The translations under genes and the position numbers were made by a program. A stretch of 64,000 bases of DNA from Vicugna vicugna. Taxonomy: Eukaryota. Below the pieces are notes generated by a model. It was not told the DNA's origin, made no database searches, and was given only the letters and a program-made list of their open reading frames with translations. The stretch's first letter is position 1. Each line of letters opens with the position of its first letter. Positions 1-11,329 of this stretch are shown here, one piece after another. The stretch lies in contig MU057640.1 of the NCBI GenBank assembly GCA_013265495.1, forward strand, positions 691,303-755,302. The letters are read 5' to 3'.

Positions 1-2978
1 AAAAAGAGGATGAGCAAGGGTCAGTCCTCTGCTTATTTCCCTGGTCATCGTCTGCACCCGTCCCCTGCTCGCCTGCTTCAGAAATCCATAGCATCGGACA
101 GGGATCTAGAGGAGAGTGTGGCTGGACCCAAGCAGCTTGATCACCGTGTCTGAGAAAACACTCAGAGCCCACCCTGTTATTGACTGGGTCAGCGACACCA
201 GTGCCATCTGCCTAAGGCAGCCCGCGGTCGCTCATCAGAGCTGCAGGGTGAGGTTGCAGGGGCCAGCTATTCCCCACATTCATTTCCAAATGGGGTGTGA
301 GGGCTCATCTTGTTTACTGGGCTTGGCTGCGTATAAGCTGGATGTAATTAAAAAAAATTGATCAGGTTTGTGTAGCCTGGCAGGGTACTCAATAAACCTG
401 CTGATTGATGAATTGATGGATAATGGGCATATCCAACAAACAGGCAACATGGGCTGTGAGTTCGCTGGATGCAGGACGATACGTCATCTGGCTTAGCTCT
501 CCACGGAGGGACATACCAGTTTGACTTTGAGAATCCCGATGGCAGGGACCAGAGCTTGTTCAGAAATGGAATTGCTTGGGGCAGTTGGGAAGTCTGCATC
601 TACTTCCCCTTTGCTCTGTTTTTCCCCTTTCTTTCACCCTTCATTTTCAATAGTGAGACGAAACTTCATTTTTTTCCTCCCCATCTTAAAACACACACGC
701 ATGCACATGTGCACACAAAATCTCCCCATCAGCAACCTTATCTGAATCTTCAGATACACTAAACTTAGCCTGCAGCCGGATACATGTATACTGGGCTAAG
801 GATTTTTTAATCAGGTTTTTTAATCTTAATCTTAGAAGGTTTCTGCAAATCACTAAAAGCAGGATGGCTACTCCTCTGGGTGGAGTGGTTTAGGTACAAC
901 CCTAGTTCTAAAGTGCACAGTGACTGCCTTTCCCCTACAGAGCGGGAGGTATCTGTTATCCAGGTGGTCCACCTGGGAATGTCCTTCTCCACGCACGCCT
1001 GAAGGCAGGTGGCATGGGGAAATGCGGAGATGATGAGTCTGGGGGCCTCCTGGTCCATGGGCTCTACCAAACCTCCCCCAGCGATTTTCATCCGTGTCCA
1101 TCCCTGCTCACATGAAAGGCGCCAAGGATGGTTGCTTTCCTCTTGGATGCTGCTTATTGCTGTGGAAACCACACACCAAACCCCAGCTCCTCCCCCCTCC
1201 TCCCATCCCTCCTCCACCAGGGCCACAAGTTACATACCGTGTACCCAAATATCTACATTCCAGGTTTGCCATACATGGCATCTGGGGCTCTGATTTAGCG
1301 GGTGGACATGCAAAAAAGGAATCACTACAGCTTCTGAACAGCAGTCTGTTGCCAGGGCGTGTGTTCAAAGCCCAGAGACAAAGAAGGTGAAGTTTACCAG
1401 GCATCCAAACCCTCATTACGGCTTCATCCCCATTAGTGAGGTCATTTTGGCTGGAGAAGGGGCTGTGGTGGAGGGAGGGTAGTGATTCTATTTCTGGATG
1501 ATTGTGGGTCTGTCTGTTTTAGGTGAATTTGGCCCTGAGGATCCCCACCCTCCACACCTCCCAGTTCTACAGAGCTGGCTGGGCAAGGCTGGGCTGGGAG
1601 GTGCTAATTAATCTTTTCCTGCCTAAATCCTGGAGTTCAGCCTCACAGCTCTGGACTCCAAAGACGGGTCAGAGGCCAGCCCATCAATCCTTCCCCTCCC
1701 CTTCCCCCAGCTGCTTCCATTTCTCAGGGCTTCCTGGATGGAGGTGCAGCTGACCAGCCTGGAGAATGTGCCCTGAGATTGGTCCCGTCCTCTCAGCCAT
1801 CCAGGTGCTGCTCCTCGGCATTTTGGTCTCCCTCTCCCTGCTCCTGCACTCCTGCATTTACCAAATGCCAGTTCTGCTGCTAAAGGAGGTCATGAGAGTT
1901 CAGGTCGGCTGAGGGGCCAACTCAGCCCAGCTGCAATCTGTCCACCAGGCAGTGACCTCCCGGGTGAGGCTGGAAGGTGGTTCCTCATGTAGGACGCAGG
2001 CAAGGCTAGCTGCCTGGCCTCAGGCTTTGGGAAAGAAACCCTGCAATCACACTGGCTCCATAGCTGCCTCTCTTCTGAAGAGCTGAGGTTCTTGTTATTT
2101 TCAGGGATCAAAGTGAAATCTGACAGCGGAGGCAACCGGTGTTCAGAGATGAACTGCCTCAAGGTCTATGCTGCTAGGGGCTTGCTGGGAGCTCCTGAGC
2201 TACCTGCTCTGCCCAGAGAGAGGAGAGCTCTTGCCTGGCACCCTCAAGGGCTCTTTCCTCCTGTTCATCCCCATCCCTGCCTCCAGGATGGATGATTCTA
2301 TAGGAGACACTTGGGAAGGGCTATGATAACTCTGCCTCTGCATGGCATCTTGCATAGTTATGGGGGAAGGCATTTTTTCAGAATGTGAATATATGCTGTT
2401 CCTCAGTGCTGGTCAGTTGGGAACAGATCATGGTGCCAGAAAACTGCAGCCAGCTCAGCCTGAGGCCTTGGCTTAGCTGAGCGAAGCAGCTGAAGGTGGT
2501 TGAAAATGCTATTAGCAGGCAGCCTTTGTCCAAGTGAAAAAATATACAGTGATTAAGAACTGAGCTGCAGAAGGTACATTCCAGAGACACCAAAGCTTTG
2601 CATTCATACAAAGTGCTTTCCCCCTTCAAGACCTTTGGCCAAGTTTAATCCAAAAGAATGTGGGATCCTTCAATTTCATGGACCATGGGCTCAGTGCTGG
2701 GTTCACAAACACCCACACATTCAATTCCCACCCTCTGTCCTGACTAATTGGTTCAGCTCTGCAGCCATCTTGATGGCTAGAAGCCTAGAAGGTGGTCATG
2801 GAATCCTTTGTTTCTAAAAGGAAATGCACAAAAGGAATAGCTCCTCCCTTTTGTGTAGTGCTTCAGGAAAAACCAACATGCTGATTGACATGCCGTGGCT
2901 CTGTGCATCGCACTTCCCGATATTAATCAACAAAGCATGCACCATCTGGGTTCCCAAGAGCTTTTGCCACTTACTTAC

Positions 2979-3005
2979 CTGGGAGACTGATGCTAACCTC
3001 TTTGG
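2979..3005 (-). other. Candidate 27-nt RGS6 microexon
   Basis: cccttctcccag|CCAAAGAGGTTAGCATCAGTCTCCCAG|gtaagt (perfect consensus donor), with TGCATG/GCATG motifs 37-100 nt downstream on the minus strand. Confidence 0.35.
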
Positions 3006-3229
3006 CTGGGAGAAGGGCTGAGGCTCAGAGAGTAGCCCTGGGGGTCAGATGGCATACTGGGGGCAGTGGAGCCAAGTACTAGTGGGTCAGGCAGGACCTT
3101 TTTCAACACTAAGAAGGTAAAGACATCTGAGCTGCTGACGAGGTTTTCTTGCTGATTGGCCCAGATGACCTAAGACCAAAGTTACAGATCTCAGGTCTAC
3201 CAAATCTAAACCCATGCTACTAAGGGGAT

Positions 3230-3408
3230 GGAAATCAACCGTGGTTGCCTCTAGGGGAGAGGGATGGAATTGACTGGAAAGGGAACTTTCTAGGGTGATG
3301 GGGTATAGGTCACACTGCTGCATACATTTGTCAAGTTCATTGAACAAATCATTTCAGACCTATTTATTTTGCCATATGTAATTGAAAAAGAAAAGAAAAA
3401 GAAAAAAG
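3230..3408 (+). mobile_element. Old L1M (L1MC/L1MD-like) 3'-end fragment with A-rich tail
   Basis: gtggttgcctctagggga...ggaattgactggaaagggaactttctagggtgatg...catacatttgtcaagttcattgaac followed by an A-rich run; typical old-L1 3' UTR motifs. Confidence 0.65.
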
Positions 3409-6400
3409 ATGAGGGGAAAAAAATCCAGCTATCACATCTCTGCTGTGAAATTTCCCACCCTGTACTCTTTTTCAGTTGCTGCACCAGCAGCTTTGTCTCT
3501 TGGCTCAGTTCAAATCTTTCCCCTCTGGTTATGGGAGAAACCCAGATTCCTCTGCTAGGGGAGCTAGAACTTTCAATAGAACTAATTTGGAACACAATTT
3601 CCAGTCTTCATCGATCCAACCCGATCACCTTGTGGTGACACACAGGCATTTTTCATCCCTGCTCATGAAGAATGTTTTGCCGAATAGGGCTCCCCGGGCG
3701 ACCTCAGCAGGCAAGAAGCAGGAGGCCCCAGAGATGAGCCGTCCTCTCAAGGAGGCTGAAAGTTCCCTATGAGCAGGTGATGCTCAAGTTAATAAACGAT
3801 GAGTGTGTGTGGAACCACAGGCCTGGGGGGGACCTGCAGGAGGCAGCAGTCAGGCCCCAGGCAAGAGCCAGGGAGAAAGGAAAGGTCCTGGCTGGGGTTT
3901 GTCGGGAGGGGGCAAAGTCCAGGACCTGCCTGACTTCCATCAGGTGGCTTCCCTGGAGGTTGGTGCCCCTTCTCCACCAAGCAAAGTAAAAGGAATGCTT
4001 TCTAAAGGAAGTGCGAGGAGTTCTGTGGCATCTCCTTTTGCAATGCTGCTTAAAACTGGGGAGAGAGTGCCACTTGCTTCGGATAGTTTAGAGGGCTGAG
4101 AAACACTGAAAGGGGATGATAGGAAAATCCATACTTAATACAGAATAATTTCAAAACCCTTCAACTCTCCATCATTCATCACCCATTGTTGAACTTTGTG
4201 AGGCAAGATGGTCAGATGAAATGGGGAAACCAGGCTGTGGGACAAGCCCGCAGTTACACATGGCTGATCCAGGCAGAGCCGGGCTGGAGCAGCACCCCGG
4301 GCATGAGAGGCTGCTCTGGGGGTGGGGAGGGGGAGGGCAGGAGCCCTGTGGCAGGACCCATTCCTGTATTACTGTATTACTCCTGGGTCCTTGCTAAGCT
4401 TTCTGATCTCTCTCAGGAGCTGAAGGGCATTTTCTTTGGTTTTTAAAATATTCTCTTTATTCGACTTTTAAAAAACAGGATACCATAAACATAAAACAAC
4501 CCCTCCCCTCCTGCCCCAAATCAAGAGCTAGGTGAAAATTGAATTAATTTTTGAAAAAGCTCACTGGATGAAGAATTAATATGCATTCAACCTATTTCCA
4601 AAGTAAGGAATGTGATCAAAAACTAAATAATGAATTTTTTTTTTGAAACAGCCCACAGTCTTCTGTACAGTAATATAAAGAATCAGGTTTTGCCACATAC
4701 ATGGTGGGTCAATGGAACCTGCCAGCGGTCATGTCTGCTGAGAGCAATGCCCACAAAATGTCACTGGGACCATGAGCAGGTTCAAATACCTTACTCTAGC
4801 TGGTATTGGCAACTAGCACTGCTTTTTTTTTTTTCACTTAAAAATATTTTTAATTTAGAAGAGGTGACTTGCCAGCCCTCCTATCTGAACTAAATGTGAG
4901 AGGGCCAACCTATCCCCTACCTTCCAGGGACTTTCTCTTTGAATTTCTTATTCCTGGCACAACGGGGTGGCATCGCATCTCATGCACCCTTCCTTCTCAA
5001 GTGCCCTCCTTTTCAACTCGCCTAGACCTTGATGGTGGCAGGGTGGGGATGGTCCCATTACCAGGGACACAGGTTGGCTGCCGAGGACAGTTACTAACAG
5101 TCACCCACTGATGGAATATCGAGCTATTGTGTGTCAAGCACACTAGACATTCAACAGACACCTGTGCTAAGATCCACACCATCTTTGTCTGTTAGGTATT
5201 CCTTTAACCTTCACTGGACACGTGAGGTTGGGTCACTAGCCTGAGCAAGTACCACTGGTCAGCGGCCTTCATGACCCATACACCTTCTGCTTGGTACATG
5301 ACCATCATTTTCAAGGAAGGAGGCAGGTGGAAAGGCTCAGGACTAAGGACTCCTCCACGCTCACCCACACTGGGTGACCTCTCTGGGGCGCACAGGGTGA
5401 TTTTCTCAATGACACTGAGAAAGAAGCTTCAGCTCTTGGACATATTTGAGACCATCCCAGGCATTTCTGCTCTGCCTGTGTTTCCCTTCATCACCTGGGG
5501 GACTCCTGAGAAAGAGAGGATGCTGCCTTCCAGCCAGCGAGCCTGCAAAGTGGACTTTGGCAACTGTGCTGAGCTGAGGCACAGGTCACCACTGCCTGGT
5601 GCTCATGGATTTAAAGTGGTGGCTGCTGGACAGGCCAGTGAAGCCACCACTTCTGTTTGCAGCCCTGTGTTATCGATGCCGATGCCTCTGGGATCTCCTT
5701 AGCAGCAGTCCCAGGAAGGAGAGAAGCAGGTGTGACGTTAACCTGCCTAACTAAGGAGGGGCAGGCAGATGCCTTACTCCAAATAGAACCAACCCCAACT
5801 AGAACCAAGCGTCTAGATCGACCTGGCCGGAGAAGCCCTTCCTGGGAGTTGTTCTTGCCACTTCTGACTCCTGCCCCCCCACCCCACCCCATCTTGCTCA
5901 TCACTCATGGGGCTCTTTGCAAAGTCTGACCTCTGCCTGTATAGTTTTGGCGGGTGACGGAAGACCTTCCTCCATGGTCTCCAGCTGTGCAGGGACAAAT
6001 CTGGAGCCAGGCTGGCATGTTGGGAGCCAGGCTGGCATATTGAGTGCCAGGAGTGAGAAGGGCCCAGCAGCTGGGCCTGACGCTGGCAGCGCACTGCCCG
6101 GGAACACGCCCCCAGACTCCTCTACAAGTTGACGAATCTCTTATCTCCTCCCTCCAGTTCTGACTGAACAGCCTGGTGCTCTTTCTACACTCAGCCTGCA
6201 GCAAGTTCTTGATGGACCCAGGGGTAGAGAGGAGCCAGTGGGCATTTGCTTCCCAAAGCCCCTCAGCAGCATGCCTTCCTGCAGCCCTGCTGTGCTTATC
6301 TCTTCCTCTCCTCCTCCAGTTCCTCCCCAACTGTACTTTGGCATCTCAGCGCTGGTTCACTTTAAATTAGGCAAAGGGCAAAAAGACTCAAGGAAACAGG

Positions 6401-7581
6401 GACATGGCTGAGTTGCTATTGGCAACAACTTGATGTTACTTTTTTCCAACTAGGAAGTTCAGGTGACCCTTGACTATGGCTACAGGGGAGAGCACTGCCA
6501 TTTAGTGGATGAGACAGCAGGAGGAGTCACTCACTTGGCGGTGTGTGATTCTCCTTAGGACCCACGAGGACTCTAACGCCACCCTCCTAAGGGCACTTCT
6601 CACCTCCTGCAAACATGTTCACCCAAAACGTCTCCTGGGTTTGGGTCCTGGGTGAAGCCAGCTGCCAAGGCGCCCAGGCAGTCAACATGCTGACTGCCCC
6701 ACCATTGCCTCAAAGCATGATCTTTCCATGAACATCCGCGTCTATTTGGACTCATACGCAAAAAGGGCTGTCTCATTTCTCTTCCCACCCCACTATCAGG
6801 AATGCAGTCTGGCAGGCATTTATCAGACATGTATTTCTAACCTGAAAAAGTACAGCACTTCCCGGGAAGTGCACAGGAGCCCTGAGAAACTGGCCACAGG
6901 GCAGAACAGGCAGGGGACAGGTCAAGCCGCATTTTTCAAAACCTCTCTGGACAGAAACTAGGGCTGATGGAATTCCTCACTGCAGAGAACCTTCTTACTT
7001 CCCTATAAACCCTCTTCACCTGTCGCTGCAGCGCTTTCCACCCCTATGGACTGGGGATGGGCGGTTCCTTAGCCCTCTTCCCCCGGGGGTGGTCTAGCAG
7101 GTAGAAATGTGAGATTTCCGTTTCTCACAGGACTTGGCCCTGGGCCACAGAGGATGAGTAGGGGAAGCTGTGGCTGGGAGATGAAGCCTCAGGACGCTGC
7201 TTGCTGTTGGATTTAAAAGCATCTTCAAAGGTAGTGGGCATTTCTGCTAGATGTCCAGGAGACGTGAGTTACGGGGTCCACACCTAAAGGCATTATTTGT
7301 ACATTGCCTCTAAGACTCAACTCAGCATCATTTCTGGACCCCTCAGCTTCTTGTTTCTTAGGAAGGACAAACTATGGGTGTAAAAACAATCAGGCAGGAA
7401 AAAATGGGGACACCAAAAAATGGGTGCCTCTGGCTGTCCATGGAATGAGGGTGTGACAACAGGAGTGGTGGGCAGAGATGAGGCCACGGACAGACAGATC
7501 ACCTCTTCTGGTTTTTGGAGCGCCTTCTGTGCAGAAGGGTCCCAAAGAAGGTTAGAGAGTGTGGACGCCGGGATCACTCAC

Positions 7582-7648
7582 CCACTGCTGGAAGGAAGCC
7601 ACCTCGGGGGTGAAATGCAGCGGCCATTCTGACTCTGCGCCAGCAGCA
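7582..7648 (-). CDS. RGS6: Candidate RGS6 frame-shifting cassette exon (67 nt, 3n+1), possibly the brain-type alternative exon
   Basis: cttcacttcccttcctaaaaacacaattgcctag|TGC TGC TGG CGC AGA GTC AGA ATG GCC GCT GCA TTT CAC CCC CGA GGT GGC TTC CTT CCA GCA GTG G|gtgagt. Phase-0 translation CCWRRVRMAAAFHPRGGFLPAV+G; no stop codon in any of the three frames. Usage is inferred, not observed. Confidence 0.7.
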
Positions 7649-8859
7649 CTAGGCAATTGTGTTTTTAGGAAGGGAAGTGAAGAGTAACTTATCCAGCTGA
7701 AACCATGAAGACCTGTGGCTTTCGGGGAGCCCCTGCGCAGACACGCACACAGCTGCAGCAGGCAGGCAGTCCATGCGCAGAGGCACGTGCAGTCTGCAGC
7801 GTATGTTACGGGCGTACCAGACACTGAACACAGAGGCGTATACCAGGCAGGCAGCACATGCACCTGTGTATGCAGCTGTGCACACTTTCATGTGCACGTT
7901 TACACCGCAGGCACCTACATAAGCATCTCATGCAAGGTTCATAAGCAACCATATGATTGGCTGTAGAGCTTTCCATCAGGCTCCTAAGGTGCCAGTCTTT
8001 GACAAACACTGCAAACTTAAAGCATTTATCTTAGAGACATATATAAACCTGACTTTCCCCAGGAAAAAGCTATTCGTGTCAGTGACAATGGCCTCTCTGT
8101 TTCTGTTTCTGTCAATACTACAAGCAGTGGGAGCGTGCGCCCCAGGGGGCTGGTTTACGAGGGATTTCAAAGCACTCCCTGCCACTTGGCTCTGACTCCT
8201 CCAACAACCCCACTTTGTAGTATGTGCTTAAAAAATAGAAGCCTCTGTTTATCCGGCAGATGGAGTGACTGGACTTGGTGAGGTTGTATTGCTCAGGGGA
8301 GTTCCAGGCAGGTAGCCAGCTGAGAGGTGAGGGTTTCTGGGAATGAGGCTTCTGTCATGCAGAGCAGTACCTCTGGAGGATTGGATTTCATGCTCTTATA
8401 GGGGAGGACCATCTTTGACATGTGCCTGGAAATAGGAGGCATCTTAGTGGGGCATATGTATTGCCTCGGTGGCCCTCCCCACATCCTGGCACCATGCTGC
8501 CACAATCCCCCAGCTCCTGCAGCTTCCCAGGAAGTGCATAGGAGCCCTGAGAAACTGACCACAGGGCAGAAGCTGATCTGCCAGCACCACAGTCCCCTCA
8601 TTCCCAAGGAAGACAGAGAAACTGGCTCTCTGAGTTGATTTTAAAAATAAGTCGGTAATAATAGCTACCATTTATCAAGAAGTTCCATGAGTAATACATG
8701 AATGTGCTCTGCACACTGTTGTGTATGAGATACCCACGCCCCCATCCTCAACTGCAAAATAAATACAAAAATACCTATCGAAAAATACTGTTGGAAATTA
8801 AATAAGGTAATAAGCGCTAAGCACGGCCTGCAGGTCACATCATGATAATGAAAATAATA

Positions 8860-9030
8860 ATACAAAGTTATATTTGAGCACACTGCAAACACTGTGCTAA
8901 GCACCTTACGTATTTCTTCCCACTTAATCATTTACTCTTATCTCCCCTTTACAGATGAGGGAACCGAGGCTTGGAGGCACTGCGCGAGCCACACAGGTAA
9001 GTGGTGGAGCTGGAGTAGAGCCAAAGTCCC
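8860..9030 (-). mobile_element. MIR SINE remnant
   Basis: actgtgctaagcaccttac...cccctttacagatgagggaaccgaggc...cacacaggtaagtggtggagctgg is the reverse complement of the MIR core. Confidence 0.75.
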
Positions 9031-9783
9031 TCTTGGGCCAAGCTCCATGTAACGTGGGTGCCCACAGTGCGATGCTGGGAGCCTCCGAGGAATTGGCGCT
9101 GTTCTTGCTGTGCCCTCATTGAGTGCTGACCTCCACCTGGAACCGTGGGCTTCATCATACCATTGGATGTGTGAGCAACTCGCCTGGGGTCTTATACCAA
9201 TGTCAGGTGGAAAAAGAGTATTCAACTGGGGCTGTCCATCCCTAACCCGGAGCCCACTTCCCACATTCTGGTGGGCACTGAAGGGGTGTTGTTCTCAGGG
9301 GCAGAGCCAGCAGGTCGTCTTCAGTAGGGGATGCGAATGCAGTTGGGAGAAATCTCGCGGCCAGGTTTTCGACAACACTTAACCTTGAATGGTTGGTGCT
9401 ACTCATCACATCCTCAGAGAGTGGGCTCCCGACAGGATAAGGAGCAGTGTGAATGGCTCAGGGCAGTCAGCTGCCAGGGGCCAGCCGGAGCCCCGCAAAA
9501 CAGCCTCCTGCCAGGGCAAGGTGAACCTCACTGTGCAGACATCTGTGTAGCCTTGGGGAGGATGGAAAGGATGGGGACCCTGACATCAAACCTGCACAGA
9601 GATGCTGAAGTGCAGGCTGGGGGCTCTGGTGGCCACCACCCCACCTGCACACCATCCTGGTAATCCCTCTTATAATGTCCTCCATGTCTAGAAACAATTC
9701 AGGGACGCTCTGATTGAGGGCTAGCAAAGGATGGGCTCTGAAGCTGCATCGTTACCAAGGATACAGCCATTGAGTATGTGCAC

Positions 9784-9877
9784 GGGGGAGGATATAGCTC
9801 AGTGGTAGAGTGCATGCCTACTATGCATGAGGTCCTGGGTTCAATTCCCAGCGCCTCCATTAAATAAATAAATAAAA
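9784..9877 (+). mobile_element. tRNA-Ala-derived SINE (Vic-1-like, camelid)
   Basis: ggggaggatatagctcagtggtagagtgcatgcctactatgcatgaggtcctgggttcaattcccagcgcctcca with pol III A box (TAGCTCAGTGG) and B box (GGTTCAATTCC), then a (TAAA)n tail. Confidence 0.85.
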
Positions 9878-11329
9878 TCATTAACTTGCTCACAGGATGG
9901 TGACAACTCACAAATGCATCCTATACATATTTAGAATTATGGATCCCCTGGAACCTCCCAGTATCATCCAGGTCAGAGAATCCACCAGAATCTCCCTTCT
10001 ACTTTTGCCTCAGATGATAAGGTTGAGTTGAGTTTTGTACTGGCTACTCCAATTCCCCACTTAATCTGCCGTCATATAGAAGCCAGGCCCTGTATCCTTG
10101 CTTGAAGGTCTGTCTTTTCCCATTAGGCACTGGGGTTCGGGTGCACCATACTCTTGGTGCAAACAAGGAAGGCCAGGGGCACGGTGTAAAGCAGCTCTCC
10201 AGCCCTGTGAAAAAGTATGGGCACCCTTGGGGTCCCCCGGCCCACCTCTCCCCTACCTCTTATATCCGAACACCAACCACACCTGACAGAGATTTAAGGG
10301 ACTGCATGAGGGAACATAGTAACAATCGTCTCTGACTGGGCTTTCTTTAGCTTACAAAAATGCCTTCTTAAAACTTTGCTGACTTTATCGGCATCACCAT
10401 GTTTAATGAGAGGCCTCAAAAAATTTGAAAGCCAGAGATGAGGAGAGGAAAAAAGCCGCAGGCTGTAATCACTGTGATTACACAACTGCACGATGAGTTG
10501 AAGGCAGCCCTGGTGAAGCCCGGGAGGGGAGGCAGGGCCATTTGCCATCAGGTCGGTCCTCAGGACAGCTGGAAGGAATGTGACACAGGAGCCCTTCCCT
10601 TGGCCCGAGTTGGGCTGAAGATGAGCCCTCAAGGCAGGGCCGGAGGAGAGGGGGCCCCGGGAGCGCAGCTCCTTCTTGGTCTCGTGTCTCAGGGGGCGTG
10701 TGCTTCTCCTAGCCAGGCTGAGACAGTTTGGGCGGCAGCTTGTCCACCTGGACTCTGCACTGGCATCGGGTAAAAGGCACCTAGCTTGGTCATCTTTTTT
10801 GCTTTCACAAAACACCTTTTCTGGATGGGAAGGATGACAGGCCAGGCTCTCTCCAACGCAGAGCCAGGGTGCCACCGCCGCCCCCGTGCCAACCCTGGCT
10901 GCGCTCAGCCCTCTGCGCCACAGCTGCTCGGCTTCCCTGCACCAGCAGGCACCGGCGTCCTCCGCCCACTGCCATCCTCCCAGACATTCAGGGGACAGAG
11001 CCCTGTCGCCCAGGGTTCAGCTGCAGCAGCAACATCCAAGGGCTTAAAAAAACCAAAACAAAAACCCAAACCAAAAGGCCAGGATGGCATGTGAAGGGCA
11101 GTAATTCCACTTCTTGACAGTGGACTTGCTTTGACTTCGTCATAATCTGGCTTTTTCTTCCTCAAGGCAGAGTCTAATCTGACCCCTTTGGCTCCCTCTC
11201 CTCCCATCTCAGCAAACTCCCTCCGTGTCCATTCTTTTTTTTTTTTTCCCATAGCTTATTTATAAGCCATCTGATAAAATGCAGTAGGATCCATTTAACA
11301 TATATTTAATGCATCAGAAGATTCCAGTT

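Noticed and set aside
1..2800. Canonical RGS6 terminal exon (GKSLAGKRLTGLMQSS)
   Set aside because: I looked for its reverse complement and did not find it; it presumably lies just beyond position 1.
10294..10875. 193-aa minus-strand ORF and other 100-200 aa ORFs (e.g. 38191-38781, 41544-42053, 16245-16775)
   Set aside because: No family resemblance or splice context; expected by chance in GC-rich intron.
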